Below are positions 51,211 to 64,000 of a stretch of 64,000 bases of DNA, in pieces (position 1 is the first letter of the stretch; each line of letters begins with the position of its first letter). Below the pieces are notes generated by a model, which had not been told where the DNA came from, ran no database searches, and was given only the letters and a program-made list of their open reading frames with translations. The stretch is from Eledone cirrhosa. Lineage: Eukaryota. A program made the translations under genes and the position numbers. The stretch is taken from assembly GCA_964016885.1 (NCBI GenBank), contig OZ024741.1, positions 354,268,001 to 354,332,000 on the forward strand, written 5' to 3'.

Positions 51211-51961
51211 TCATCAGGGCGGTGGATTGGCAGTATCAGTAGAGTGCTGGACAACATGCTAGCATGGAAGATGGATGTTAAACAATGATGATGATGATGC
51301 TTATACATTGCATTTGAATATACATGTTAAAAGTTTCAGATTTGAAGTGGAATGAAAATGTGAGGTATTATAATATTATACAAATCCCATGAATATTAGC
51401 GAAGCAAATTAAACTGCTGCAAAAAGGATTCTAAAGCAGATCAGGAAATCAGCTAGCCATGAATCTACTATAATGTCTATTCATTATTTAAAGAGAAATC
51501 TTTAGATTTTATAAATAATGATTTCTAATTTAGATACATGGCCAGCAATTTTGTGGGGAAGGTAGAATATACTGACCCCAGTACTTGACTGGTACTTTAT
51601 TTTATCCAACTTGAAAGGATGAATGGCCAAGTTGGTCACACTTGGATTTGAATTCAGGAACATTAAGAGCTGAATCAAATACTACAAAGCATTTCATTTG
51701 AGGGTCAAGCAATTGTCTATCCAGCACCCTTTAGATTTTATGAATAATGGAGAGAAATGATATTCATATATTTCTCAAGAACACTATTGATATACTTAGA
51801 AGAGAAATATTTATTACAAAAAAAAAAAAAAAAAAAAAAAAAAATCAATAACTATGTCAGAAGTTTTTTTGTTCTCAGATAAATTTATATCTGTACAAAT
51901 ATAGAATAGAGGTAACTAAGATTGCATAAATGTGTATATAAATTTACATATATTTTGTATA

Positions 51962-52113
51962 CAGTGAAATTCTGTTTTATCGAAATTCGCAGGGTATATA
52001 AAAAAATTCATTACAACAAAAATTCTTAACGAGATCAACCGAAACACCAAGTTTGTGGCCGAAGATTGAAAAAAAAATTTGTTTTGGTATTCGTTATAAC
52101 GGAATTTTACCTG
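51962..52113. mobile_element. TA-flanked pogo-like MITE
   Basis: TA|CAGTGAAATTCTGTTTTATCGAA ... TTCGTTATAACGGAATTTTACCTG|TA imperfect TIRs. Confidence 0.55.
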
Positions 52114-52439
52114 TATAGACATATAAACATGCCAATTATACATATTTCCTGGTAAATAAAAAAAAAATATAAATTAACTCAATTTTCAAACCTAGTTGGG
52201 GTTTTCATCAGAAGGTATGTATATCATTTAAACAACCTCAAGGAAATATATAACAAAGTGCTTATATATAGTAGCATCCTGAAATTCTAAGATACCTTTG
52301 TCTAACATTTAAATTAAATTTACTGCATAGATATGATGTTCAAACGTATCCTAATATTTTAGAGTTACTGAATGAAATCATATTTAGCTTTTGTGCTCTA
52401 AGTTGCATGTATAATGAATGTAATGTTATGTATGCTTAA

Positions 52440-52655
52440 CCCTCTTGCTACCAAACTCTAGTTCTATGATACAAAGCTGTTTATTTTAAAGTATTTATAT
52501 TTATCTGAAAACCTTCCATCATAAGTTTATGTAAACACTTTTGTTATGTTCCAAACACCAGCTTGATAATGAGAAGATTAGTTATATTACTAAATCCCTC
52601 CAAATTTTCTATTTACAAAATTATTTGAAAATTATTAGAGACAGTGACATAAGGG
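52440..52655. mobile_element. piggyBac-type MITE (family 2)
   Basis: TTAA|CCCTCTTGCTACCAAA...AAGGG|TTAA; relatives at ~35240-35480, 44302-44534 and 62642-63184. Confidence 0.65.
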
Positions 52656-55600
52656 TTAAATTTATTGTATATAAATGAGAAGCATTCTTATATACACAAT
52701 TAAACATTGGATAATGGGGGAAATGGTTTGTAGGACTGATAGTGAAAAACTATTTTACAATGTATCAGTCTAATTCTATAGATGAAGAAAAAAATATTTG
52801 ACATGATTTGAAAATTATAGGCAATGTCTTTAATTAGAAATGTGGAATTGAAATGTTTAAAAGTCAGAACTTCAGCTGTCACAGTTTGAAAGATTACTAT
52901 TCTTACAAGTCGCACTTAAAATAGATAAAAGAAATGCTTTTAAAGTAAATAGTCTTAAGAGACACAATTGATAGATGATGTTCTTATAATAATTCTTTCC
53001 TTATTGTTCCAAGATTAACTAAGTTCCAAATAAACAAATCATTATTTGTATGAAGTGAATATGTTATAAATAGCATTTACTAATAGTCGTAACTGAAAAT
53101 AGCTTTAACTCCTTTGTTTAACATGTGTCATTGAACATTAATATCAAATATTAATTAGTCTAAGTAGAATAGTGCCAGGCTAAATCCTTTACAGTATTTA
53201 GTTTTATTTCTGAATATTCTGAGTTCAAATTCCACTTGATTCAGTTTTGCTTTTCTGTAATAGTTCTTGTTGTGTAGCCCCCAAGTCAGTTCTGATGAAT
53301 TGAACCTATAGCAAAGCTGACCTTTACTGTAAGTTAACATTGCCACAGTTAACATTGCCTTTTATTCTTTCAAGGCTGATAAATAAAGTACCACTACAGG
53401 TCACCTGGCAAGAATGGGTTAGGAACAAAGAGATCCTGCAGTGAGCAGGATCACGTACACTGCAGGAGATTGTCACAGAGCACAGGTTCCATTTTGCAGA
53501 TCACATCCTGCACCTCCCAGAACACCACTCATCAAAAATGACAATGACAGTACTTTATTACTTTCTTTCTCTGGAAGAAATTGGCTATGTTCCAGTCTGG
53601 ATAGGGATGGGCTCCACCAGATTTGAAATACCCAAGACATGTCAGGAAGGCACGCTACAAGTCCATCAAGAGTTAAGGGCCCTTTTATTTTTATTTATTT
53701 ATTTTATTTTACTATGGCATTGGGTAGTCAGCTGAACCACTAAGTACAACTCACAGATACTACACCTCCTCTGATTAGCTAAGGATTATACTGTATACTG
53801 TAAGATTCAGTAATAAATCTTTAGATTTAACAATTGCATTTTTGTGGCTAATGGAAGTTTGTCATTTTTATGTGAAATGTTCATGTAAATAAAGTGAATA
53901 AGTTTGGACATCTGTCTTTTCTGGTGAAAAATGTTCCATCTGATCAAACAATGGAACAGTTGTGTACCGTTAACATAGTTTTCAGGGAAATTCAGTATGA
54001 TATACTGAATGACAAGGCTGGCTCTTTTGAATTACAGGTACAACTTATTTTTGACAGTTGAGTGGACTGAAGCAAGCAACATGAAGTAAAGTGTCTTGCC
54101 CAGGGACACAACACACCACATGGAATTGAACTCATGCCCTTATGATTGTGAGCCAAACCTCCTAATCATTCACATGTAAGGCAAGTACTGGAGTTGATTT
54201 AATTGAATATGTTATTTTAATGTGACAACTGATTATTATTGTTGTAATTAACATTACACAGTACTATTATTATTATTATAAGGGTGGTAGATTGGCTGTA
54301 TCGGTAGATCGTCAGACACTCAACTTCGCAGACTAGAGTTGACAGAGCCAATAGGGCAGTAAGAGGATGTTTTGTCCAAGATGCTCCATTTAATGCTGGG
54401 GATGCTGTTCTCTTGCTTACAGAGTCTCCAAATGAAATGAGACAGGGAAGTCAAATTTTTTGCTGGTTGCTGCTGTAGAAAGCAGTTCAGCAAGATGTCA
54501 AATAATCTTAAGTCTGGAGAATTGGTACAAGTGCTGGTAATAAAGTAGGTTCCACTGAAAGCAACTAAGTGTCAAAAGGTGGTGCTAAACAGGGCAACAG
54601 ATTAAAATCTACCAATAGGCTTCCATCAACCAAGTTCACTTCAAAGGTTTGGATCATCTGGATACTATGGTAGAAGGTACTTCTTCAAGGAAATGAAGTC
54701 AAGAACTACAGCATATCTCAGACATTTTAAACTTGATGGGGCTTATTGCTATCCAGGTCAGAACACAGTTAATTTCTTCCAGAAAAAGAAAATGGTGAAG
54801 CAAGATAGAAGAAGAACCAGCCTTTGTACTGGATTGGTACTTTATTAACCTCAAATGCCATGGGTGTGTGCCATGAACATCTTAATTAAATGGCCATGTT
54901 TGGTGACTTAAGAGTTGAAATCAAAATCACTTATCTAAATATGAATGAATGAATACCCGCAGTTTCCAATTAATATTTTCCATTATAACCTTTGTTTACT
55001 GTTGGTTTGTTTGTTGTTTCTTTTATTTCCCTATATACTGTATTTGGTTTCATTTGCCTCTTAATAGTTTTTCATGTGTATTGGTGGGCAATTCAACAAA
55101 GCAGATCATGTTACACAGCTGGTAATGGCACCAAATCAATCCCTTGTGTATCTTAGTCACAGCACCAAATTGCATCAGGTTTCTATGAGACATCAATCAA
55201 ACCTTTTATCATATAGTGTCAGTCTACCATAACTTGAAAGATAAATTAATCAATACTAGTGCTTAAAAAAGAATATTTCTTTATCATGTATAAAAAGTCC
55301 TACTGAAAGTGTTTAAATGAACAAGAAGACTATGAAGATTGTAACACAACCTCCTGTACTGCATGAAACCACATTAGCAAGACATTCTTGAAAAGTATAA
55401 AACAGCACTATAACTGTGTCACATTACAAATAAAAGTCTTTACTGGAAATATTCACAGCAATCTTTCCACTAGTAAAGATATTACAAACATTTGAATAAA
55501 CAAAAAACACTTTTAGATATTTTCTGGTAAATCATTATGGGCTGTTAAAAGTTATAGATTTGTTCACACTACTATTAAACGTGGTCAGTCATCCATAGTT

Positions 55601-56429
55601 AATTGTTGCTCTACCTTTGGTGATAACACTTAGTACTGCCTCTTTACAGCCCATCTTCTAAATATTTACCAGTAGGCTGACTAAGCTGACTGCTTCATCT
55701 TCAATGAAGCATTCCTTCTTTATATAAAGAGGGTGAAATGAATATTAGGGAAAGTTTGTGGCATTAGGCCACAGCAACAACAGATTCACACTGACAGTAA
55801 AACAGACTGCATGCAGCTACTGTTCTTGAAAATCTTGACATACTTTGCATTAGTCTGTGTCTAACCTGAACAAACTACTTACTGGGAATGTCTAAGGAAA
55901 GAATCACATGACAGATTTTATAGGCAAAGCCAACTGGTAGGAGACTCAGAGACTACAAGCAAGATAGTTGGATAACATCCATAACCCCAGTTGGTCTTGT
56001 TTGGGGATCCAATTGGTTCAATTGGAGATTATTGCTTCCAATAGGACCCTCTGGAAGATGTGTCACATGACTACCCCAATGATTCTCTCAGGTATAAATG
56101 GGAGGAGGAAGTGTGTTGCAAAACAGGTCTTTTAGCAAACTAACAGAAGACAAGTCAAACAGATTGATATGATACAAACAATCTCAAAGATGACCTGTAA
56201 CATTTTAAAATAGCTTTAGCAAATATAACTGATGTAGCTCAAGGTATGCAGGTAAAATATTCTATCTGCTAAAAACAACAAAAATTGACATTCTTTCTTC
56301 TAGTAAGCTACATAGCTACTTGAAATATAATATAGCACTTTTTTTTTCTCTTTATAATGCCCATATCTCATATATAATGATTGGGGAAGAGCAAGACTAT
56401 GTCCTCTTTATATATTTTTTTATCACATT

Positions 56430-56987
56430 ATTAAATCAAGTTGGATTACTTTGAATAAATTATGAATGAATATTATATAATTCATCTACTAAATTTCGTA
56501 GCTCTTGATTAAACAAATAATCTTATATACAAAATGTATTGCTTATTTCAAGATTCACTTCTTTTAAAATTTTCAAATGTCAACTTCCATTAGTGTCCGT
56601 TATATCATAACATTTTGCTGTACACTATATCACATCGCTTATATAAGTGTTCATATATTTGCATCGTTATATCATAACATCTACATATTTCCATTGTTCT
56701 ATCATAACATTTATATTCCGTCGCTAATCTCATTTTCTCCTTTTCCCTTTTCATAACATTTCGCTGTAATGTAGTTTATATAGAATATTGTCTTTTTTAA
56801 ATGTATCATGGATTACTTTACTGATTACAGAAGAGATTGTAACAAAGTCTCTCTTTAATTTCTGTGAATATTGTCAATTTACTTTTCATTTGACATATAT
56901 CTACATGCATATATATTTATGTATAACATCAATATACACACTAGACATTCTAGCAGAAACCACCCAAATGGTGGGTTTTTCTACTAG
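56430..56987 (+). mobile_element. Second copy of Helitron-like family 2
   Basis: Aligns with 47880-48294; ends CTAGCAGAAACCACCCAAATGGTGGGTTTTTCTACTAG|T. Confidence 0.55.
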
Positions 56988-57364
56988 TGACAGTAATAAA
57001 ATTATATTGTAGCATATTTTCCTATGCATATTGAAAAACTTCACTTTGTGCCATTGATCCCACAACTCTTAATGGAGCCAAGAGTAATAGGAGTATTCTA
57101 AACCAGAGAGAGAAGCGTGAGAGGGCAGAAGAATCAACCTCAGTACTGAAGTGTGTGTGTGTGTTGTTTCTAAGGAAGACAGCGAGACAGATCTGGAATA
57201 TCAAAATTAGTAATATGTGATGACATAACCACTATTAATTTGTCAATGCATTGATTTATAATGATCAATCAACTCTATGAAACAATTGTAAAACAATGAA
57301 CTAATTAAGAACCTATCTTTGCCTTATGTTTTATTTTAATTGTTCAAAACAGATATATAGATTG

Positions 57365-58703
57365 ATGAATAAGGAAAATGTGTGGGAGAAAGATAGCCTG
57401 TCTTACGTGGACACTGCAGAGGGGCCAGCAGTACAAGGTAGAAGTGTAGTAAAGCAATTAAAGAATTAAAAACAGATAAAACATCAGGGCCATCAGGAAT
57501 AGTTACTGAGATGTTGAAAGCATCTGGGATGGTAGGACACACAATAACTACCTATATTGTTGACCAAGTAATACAAAATTGTGCCATGCCCAATGACTGG
57601 CATAGCAGCAGCATGATCAACTGTTACAAGGACAAAGGTGAAACACTAGACAGGAGGAACTATTGTGGCATCAGACTGATGAACCAGGTCATGAAAGTTA
57701 CAGAAAGAGTCATTGTACAACTAATTAGGGATTGAATTAACCTAGATGAGATTCAGTTCAGATTTGTGCCAGGAAAAACTACTATGGATGCCTTCTTCTT
57801 TGAGAGGCAACTGCAGGAGAGGTATCTAGTTTAAAAAACAAAAAAAAAAAAAAACCTTTACTTAGCATTTGTCGACTTAGAGAAAGCTTTTGACAGGTTT
57901 TTACCTGCTCTGTAATTTGGTGGGCACTTAGGAAACTAGGAGTGGAAGAGTGATTAGTGATGGTGGTACAAGGCATGGATAGAAGTGCTGTCAGTAAGGG
58001 TAAAGTTAATAATGACTATAGCAAGGAGTTTAGTGACCAAATTGGAGTCCCCGAAGGTTTCATCCTTAGCATTCTCCTGTTTATTATCAGCCTCCAGGTT
58101 ATAACAGAAGAGTGTGACAAGATACCCTTGGGAACACCTGTATACTGATGACCTAACTCTCATAGCTGAATCTATGACAGAACTAGAGAAAAAATTCCTG
58201 ACCTGGAAGCATAAACTGGAATCAAAAGGTTTTAAAGTCAACTTAGCAAAGACCAAAGTTCTAATAAGTAGTAATGAAAATAATGCCCCTATCCCTTCTG
58301 GGAAATGGCCCTGTTCAGTGTGTAGGAAAGGGCTAGAAGAAATTCCTTGCCCTGTTCCAAATACAAGCTATGGTTACATAAAAGATGTAGTGGGATCACA
58401 GGCAGGCTATCAAAGAACATAGGTTTTATGTGGCTGATGTACAAGTACAGTAAGCAGCATGAGCTCCTTCAAGTGTCACAAGTCCACACTGTAAAGAGGT
58501 CATTTTGGTGTCACAATAAAAGGCACTCAGTACACACTATGAATGTTATTGGTGCTAGGAAGGACATCCAGCCATAGAAACCAAGCCAAATTCAGTCCAG
58601 TGTGATCTGGAGATGGTCATCTGCTCTGGTTTGGCTCATCTGGACAACTTGTCTAACCCATTCTAGCATAAAAAAAGGGATGTTAAATGGTGATGATGAT
58701 GAT
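57365..58703 (+). mobile_element. Decayed, internally deleted RTE LINE
   Basis: GPSGIVTEMLKASG, AFVDLEKAFD, LYTDDL, GFKVNLAKTKV, GKWPCSVCRKG..LWLHKRCSGI; jumps to the 3' UTR and (GAT)n. Confidence 0.88.
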
Positions 58704-58706
58704 ATG

Positions 58707-58744
<38 letters not shown>

Positions 58745-59199
58745 CACACACATATATATGACTGCATGGGGCAGATGTGGATTCTGCAAGCCATAGTGTA
58801 GGCAACTCATCTAAGAGAGCAGTGACTCCGATGAAAAATGCACGGTGCAGTGGTGAACCCCGTAAGCCATAGTGAAGGCTACCCATCTAGGAGAGTAGAG
58901 ACTCCAAATAAAAACTGATACAGGGTGGAGAGGACTCTTAAGTCTGGTAAGACAACCTCTCTAGTGCTGGTGACACAATGTGCCCAGTCCACTGTAAAGT
59001 GGTTGGTGATAAGAAGGGCATCCAGCCAGTAAAACCCAGCCAAAATTATGAAAAGCACAACCAATATGATTTCCATTAGTTGCAAACACAGGGCTAACAC
59101 TAGTCATGTTAGTGCTGCACATGGTAGTGGGGTGGCTAGAGTAGCCATGTGCAAGAACCCTGGGAGAAAGAGAAACTACCCCCAACTTACCCAAAGGAA

Positions 59200-60836
59200 G
59201 GACAAGCTATTGAAGTTTTAGGGTCAAAGACGCAATCAAGAAGGTAAAAAAATGGTAAAGTTGCAGGACCATCAGAAATAGTTGCTGAGATGCTAAAATC
59301 ATCGAGAGAGGTAGGAGTCAAAATAGTAACCCGTATAGTAAATCAAGTAATACATGACGGAGTCATACCCAATGACTGGCACAGCAGTACAATCATAAAT
59401 TGCTACAAGGGAGCAACTATAGAGGAGTAAAACTAATGGACCAAGTTATGAAAGTCACAGAAAGTTATAGCGCAGCTAATTAGGGAAAAAGTCAAAATGA
59501 TGAGATACAGTTTGGTTTCATACCTGGGAAAAGTATTACAGATGACCTTTTCTTAGTGAGGCAACTACAAGAGAAGTTCTTAGTAAAAAATAAACCATTA
59601 TATTTAGCTTTTGTTGATCTAGAGAAGGCCTTTGACAGAGTAACTTGATCTATTACCTGGTGGTCCTTAAGGAAATTAGGTGTAGAAAAATAGCTTGTAA
59701 GAGAAGTGCAAGCTATGTAGAGAGGAGCTGTCAGTAAAGTGAGAGTAGGAAATGAGTTTAGTGAGGAAATCAAGGTACAGGTAGGAATTAATCAAGATTC
59801 AGTTCTTAGCCCACTGCTGCTAATCATAGTTCTTCAGGCCATAACAGAGGAGTTTAAAACGGGCTGCCCATGGGAATTTTTCTATGCAGATGATTTGGTC
59901 CTTATAGCTGAAACCAAAAAAGACCTAAAAAATAAATTCCAATTATGGAAACTGAATTTGGAACCAAAATGTCAGAGTAAACTTAGCCAAAGCTAAAGTG
60001 CTAGTGAATAGGAGAGAAGACAGGACCCAGATTCCCTCAGAGAAGTGGCCATGCTGAATATGCAGAAAAGGAGTAGGCATAAACTCCATACAATGTACAC
60101 AATGTAAATCTTGGGTACATAAGAGATGTAGTGGGATAATGAGTAGACTAACAGGAAGGGAGAACTTTCCTTGCAGAAGGTGCACAGGAGAAATTGAGAG
60201 GAAGTGTGCTAATGATATAAACCTTTTCTAGTCACAGGAAGGATCCAAAGAAGTGGTTGATAGCTTCTGCTATATAGGTAACCTAATTAGCAGTGGAGGA
60301 GTATAATAGCTAGAATAAGTATAGGATGGAAGAAGTTTAGAGAACTGCTCCTGCTGTTGACAACAAGTACAAAAGGAAGGCTGTATGATGCCTGTGTGCA
60401 GTGCACAATGCTGCGTGGTAGTGAAACATGGGCTGTGACTGCAGAGGACATGCATAGACTGGAGAGAAATGAAGCAACTATATTTTGTTAGATGTGCAAT
60501 GTAAGTGTGGGGGAAAGGCAGAGCTGGGTTGAGCTGAGGGAGAAGCTGGGTTTAAGGGGAATCCAAGATAGTGTGCAGGAGAGAAGATTGTGTTGGTATG
60601 GACATGTAATGTGCATGGACAATGATCAATGGATGAAGAAATGCCAGGAAATCCCAGTGGGAGGAAGCCACAATAGTGGACAACAAAAAGACCTGGGCAG
60701 AGGTTGTGAGAGAGGATCTCAAATCGCTAAGACTGGCAGAGGAGATGATGAAGGAATGTGACAATTGGAGAGATGCCATGCTGAGAAGGACCCGTCCAAC
60801 CCATGCAATGTTGGAAAAGCGGATGTAAAAACGATG

Positions 60837-60838
<2 letters not shown>
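59200..60838 (+). mobile_element. Decayed RTE LINE (short-UTR family), RT to 3' end
   Basis: GKVAGPSEIVAEMLK, LYLAFVDLEKAFDRV, GINQDSVLSPLL, EFFYADDL, PHD-like Cys/His cluster, ERRLCWYGHV, tail GAAAAGCGGATGTAAAAACGATGAT. Confidence 0.9.
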
Positions 60839-60867
<29 letters not shown>

Positions 60868-60895
60868 CATATATATATATATATATATTAGATGA

Positions 60896-60931
<36 letters not shown>

Positions 60932-61919
60932 TCATTATCATCTAATGTTGGCTCTCCAAGCTAGCATGGGTTGAACAGGCTGTCAGGGTCTGTGACTAGA
61001 TGGGTTGGAAAGACTACATAACAATTCAGACAAAATTATTGGAGTTACAGCTACATCCAGGCAATTAAAAAGTATTCTAGCAAAGACTTTACTCAAAGAA
61101 CAGCAAAGATGTCTTACAGTAGTTACCACAATTTCCTTAGATCTGTCCTTGAAAAGAGATAAAAGAATGGCATCCCTCCAACCTTGTTACTTCTAACCAC
61201 ACAAATTGAAAAGTGGAAGGCGACTACTGAACAAATCTGCTACCACTGTCCTTTGTCCATTTCAAACTAAAATGCTGTCTTAAGAGCTTTACTTCTATTT
61301 ATCTATCTTATCGTAATTTCTGATAAAACAAATTGCCAGAATTGTTAGGACATCAAATAGAATGCTTCGCAGTATTCATTCCAGCTGTCCGAGTTCAAAA
61401 CCTGCCGAAGTCAACTTTGCTTTTAATCCTTTTGAAGTTGATAAAAAAAAAAAAGCACCAGTCCAATACTGTAGTTGATTCTTCCTCTATATATCTCACT
61501 TCTTTATCATTCTCTATCCTTCTTTGGAGAGGGTATGGGCTCCACCAGGTTTAAAATATGCCCAAACATCTCAACAGTAACCTATGACTCCATCAGGAAT
61601 TATGGCTTTACAGATACATACATAGCAATTTCTATTTCATTAAGCATGGGAGGGAGATCAAGCTAATAAATGATGGGAGCTCGCTCCAGCACATCTATCC
61701 CATCAGAATAAACATCCAAAACATGATTTAACAGTTCATCATAACATTATCATCAGGTTTACAAAACAGTGCAACCCACCTCATAGCGGCAGCACAAACA
61801 AAGAGCATCTTGAGGTTATATACTGTGCATAGTTGGTAATATTTGAATCTTATCTACAGAAATTAAATTTGATTGTTATTTCATAACACACACACATATA
61901 TACATATATATATATGTAT

Positions 61920-62297
61920 ATCATCATCACTGTTTAGCGTCCATTTTTCCATGCTTGCATGGGTTAGACGGGTTGTCCATGTTGGGAGACAAGCCTGGCC
62001 AGCGAGAACTGTAAATTTGGCAGGGCATTTTACAGCTGGATGCCTTTCCTAAACAACCACATTTACAGTGATATATATATATATATATATATATCATCAT
62101 CATTTAACGTCCATCTTCCACGCAAGCATGGGTTAGACGGGAGTTGTCCAACTTGAGGCAAGGTAGGTCGGGTGACCGTGTCTCGCTCATATAGGACTAT
62201 CTGGCAGGTTTTCTACGGCTGGATGCCCTTCCTAACACCAACCACATTTACAGTGTGGAACTGGGAACTTTTTACTTACACGGCCACATTACAGTGA
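61920..62297 (-). mobile_element. Two adjacent short RTE-tail/SINE-tail insertions
   Basis: Each starts (CAT)n..GCATGGGTTAGACGGG..GGATGCC(C/T)TTCCTAA and is bounded by (TA)n; the second closely matches positions 1-100. Confidence 0.75.
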
Positions 62298-62782
62298 TAT
62301 ATATATTCTCTGGTAATGTGTACTCATTTATAACTGGTCTCTCTTCTTGTAAGAAGAAATATCTAGAAAAATACACACACACACACAAAAGTGACATTGA
62401 AGAGGACTAATTAGATTGAAACATGTCGATTGATTTCATTAGTTGGATTTAAAAACAAGATCCACTATCAACTGTTTTCATTTTTCAGAAGTTTTCATTG
62501 ACTGATCTTAAAGAACAACTGTTATTTATTTCTAGACTTCTAGATATATTACAGTACTTTCCGAAGAATCAGCCAGAAATTAAAACAATAGAAAATATAA
62601 GTCCATTCTATATCAAATACACTAACCTCTTTAGCTTGATCTTAAACCCTTTCATTACCATATATTAAATGAAAGTCCCTGCTTAGGTTTTTAAATCATT
62701 TTGGAAATAATCAAGAAGTTGGAGAGATTTAGTAATATAACTAACTTTTCCGTTATTAAGCTAACGTTTGGAATATAAATGT

Positions 62783-63091
62783 TCTATATATAAATTTGAG
62801 CGACTTCCGTCCGTCCGTCACACAATGTTTGTGTGTAAAATGAAGGGGATGGTGAAAAAACTATAGCAAAACAGCGGCTGGCGTTCCATTTGCTATGCTG
62901 TGCGTGAATGTATCTGTGTTTATGTAAATGTATGTATGTGAATGTATGTATGTGAATGGGTGTCTGTGAGTGAGCATTATTGTAAGCGTACGTGTTTGCG
63001 CGTTTATATTTATATACTCATAGATATAAATGTATGCATATGCGCATACACACACACACATACGCGTCAGCGTGTTGAAAAGAAATCCTAG
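62783..63091 (+). mobile_element. Short non-autonomous Helitron (family 3) inserted in a TTAA MITE
   Basis: TCTATATATAAATTTGAGCGAC...TCAGCGTGTTGA...CCTAG|T; interrupts the family-2 MITE (62642-63184) without a TSD. Confidence 0.72.
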
Positions 63092-64000
63092 TACATAAAA
63101 TTATAATAGAAGGTATTTAGATAAATATAATCACTTTAAAATAATCAACTTTGTACCAGTGATTGTTTGGTATCAAAAGTGTTAACGAGATAGCCCAAAA
63201 GTAAATAAAAAAGTTGATATCTTCGGGATTTTACCATTTAAAACCACATCTATTAGACAGTTTCCGATAGTTTTTTTTTTATGAAAGGTTGAACATTGCG
63301 AACAAGTATTTCTAAACTTAGCGTGAGGTGTTGCCGATTGTAACATTTGGTGGTGAAATGCCCACCCCCTTTTTTTTTTCTTTTTCCTTCTTTCTTTCCT
63401 TTATCATTTTTGTTCATGATTTTATATTTTTGTGTCATTATACACGGTTTTGGCATATACATGTAATTTGTTTGTGCTTTCGTTCTCTAAGCATTGTATT
63501 TTTATTTTTAATTTTATACAACTATGAATAAACAATTTGATATAAAACATTTTTCTTTCCCACCCAAACAATAACTTTATGTAGCAAAGAACTAAATTTT
63601 TTAAAATGAAGCTAGATTAATAAAATGGGTTTAAATTTGATAACTTTTGATAAATTTCACAAAAATAGGTTTGGTTAAAATATACGACAAACAAATTCGT
63701 GAATGAAGAATGAACGAGAGAAAGGATGAATGAATAAAAAATATAAACAAACATCTGACACTAGTTTCTTATAGATGAAAAATATTTAGTGCTACCTTTC
63801 AAGTTTTTTTGTTTTGTTTTTTGTCACAACTAAAAAGGACCTCAACATATTTTCATGTATGAGAAATAAGCATATTAAAGACGATGCAAAGACAGTTTGT
63901 GTTACGAAATTCAGCAAGTATTTTGTCCCGTGTTATGAAACTTAACCCATTGTTTTTATCCTCTAAATAACAAATAATGATTTCAAATTTTGGCACAAAG

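Noticed and set aside
36225-64000. QPCT exon 1 (signal peptide or membrane anchor)
   Set aside because: Candidate donors checked (e.g. ~36650, ~36775, ~43148) gave stops, the wrong phase or lay in repeats; no supported exon was found by eye.

Overview
AT-rich, repeat-saturated animal genomic DNA. The SINE/LINE complement and long (TA)n tracts suggest an octopod cephalopod (inference). The only host gene I can support is a glutaminyl-peptide cyclotransferase (QPCT/QPCTL-like) on the minus strand: four coding exons (36222-36085, 21618-21349, 16431-16279, 12372-12270) with canonical splice sites join in frame; the first and last exons were not found in the window. Everything else recognisable is transposon-derived. 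At the left end is a head-to-tail tandem array of a ~1.1 kb non-autonomous Helitron (CTAG|TC junctions). Its last unit carries a ~1 kb minisatellite expansion followed immediately by a young, full-length Tx1-clade LINE (4794-10402: ORF1 with CCHC knuckle, ORF2 APE-RT-zinc finger with one frameshift) inserted at the Helitron's (TCTG)n microsatellite. The remainder holds decayed RTE LINEs carrying a PHD-type C4HC3 finger inside the RT domain, Expander-like, R4/Dong-like and CRE-like relics, tRNA-derived SINEs, TTAA- and TA-flanked MITEs, two further Helitron-like families and several foldback structures. All identifications are by eye from motifs; no database searches were run.
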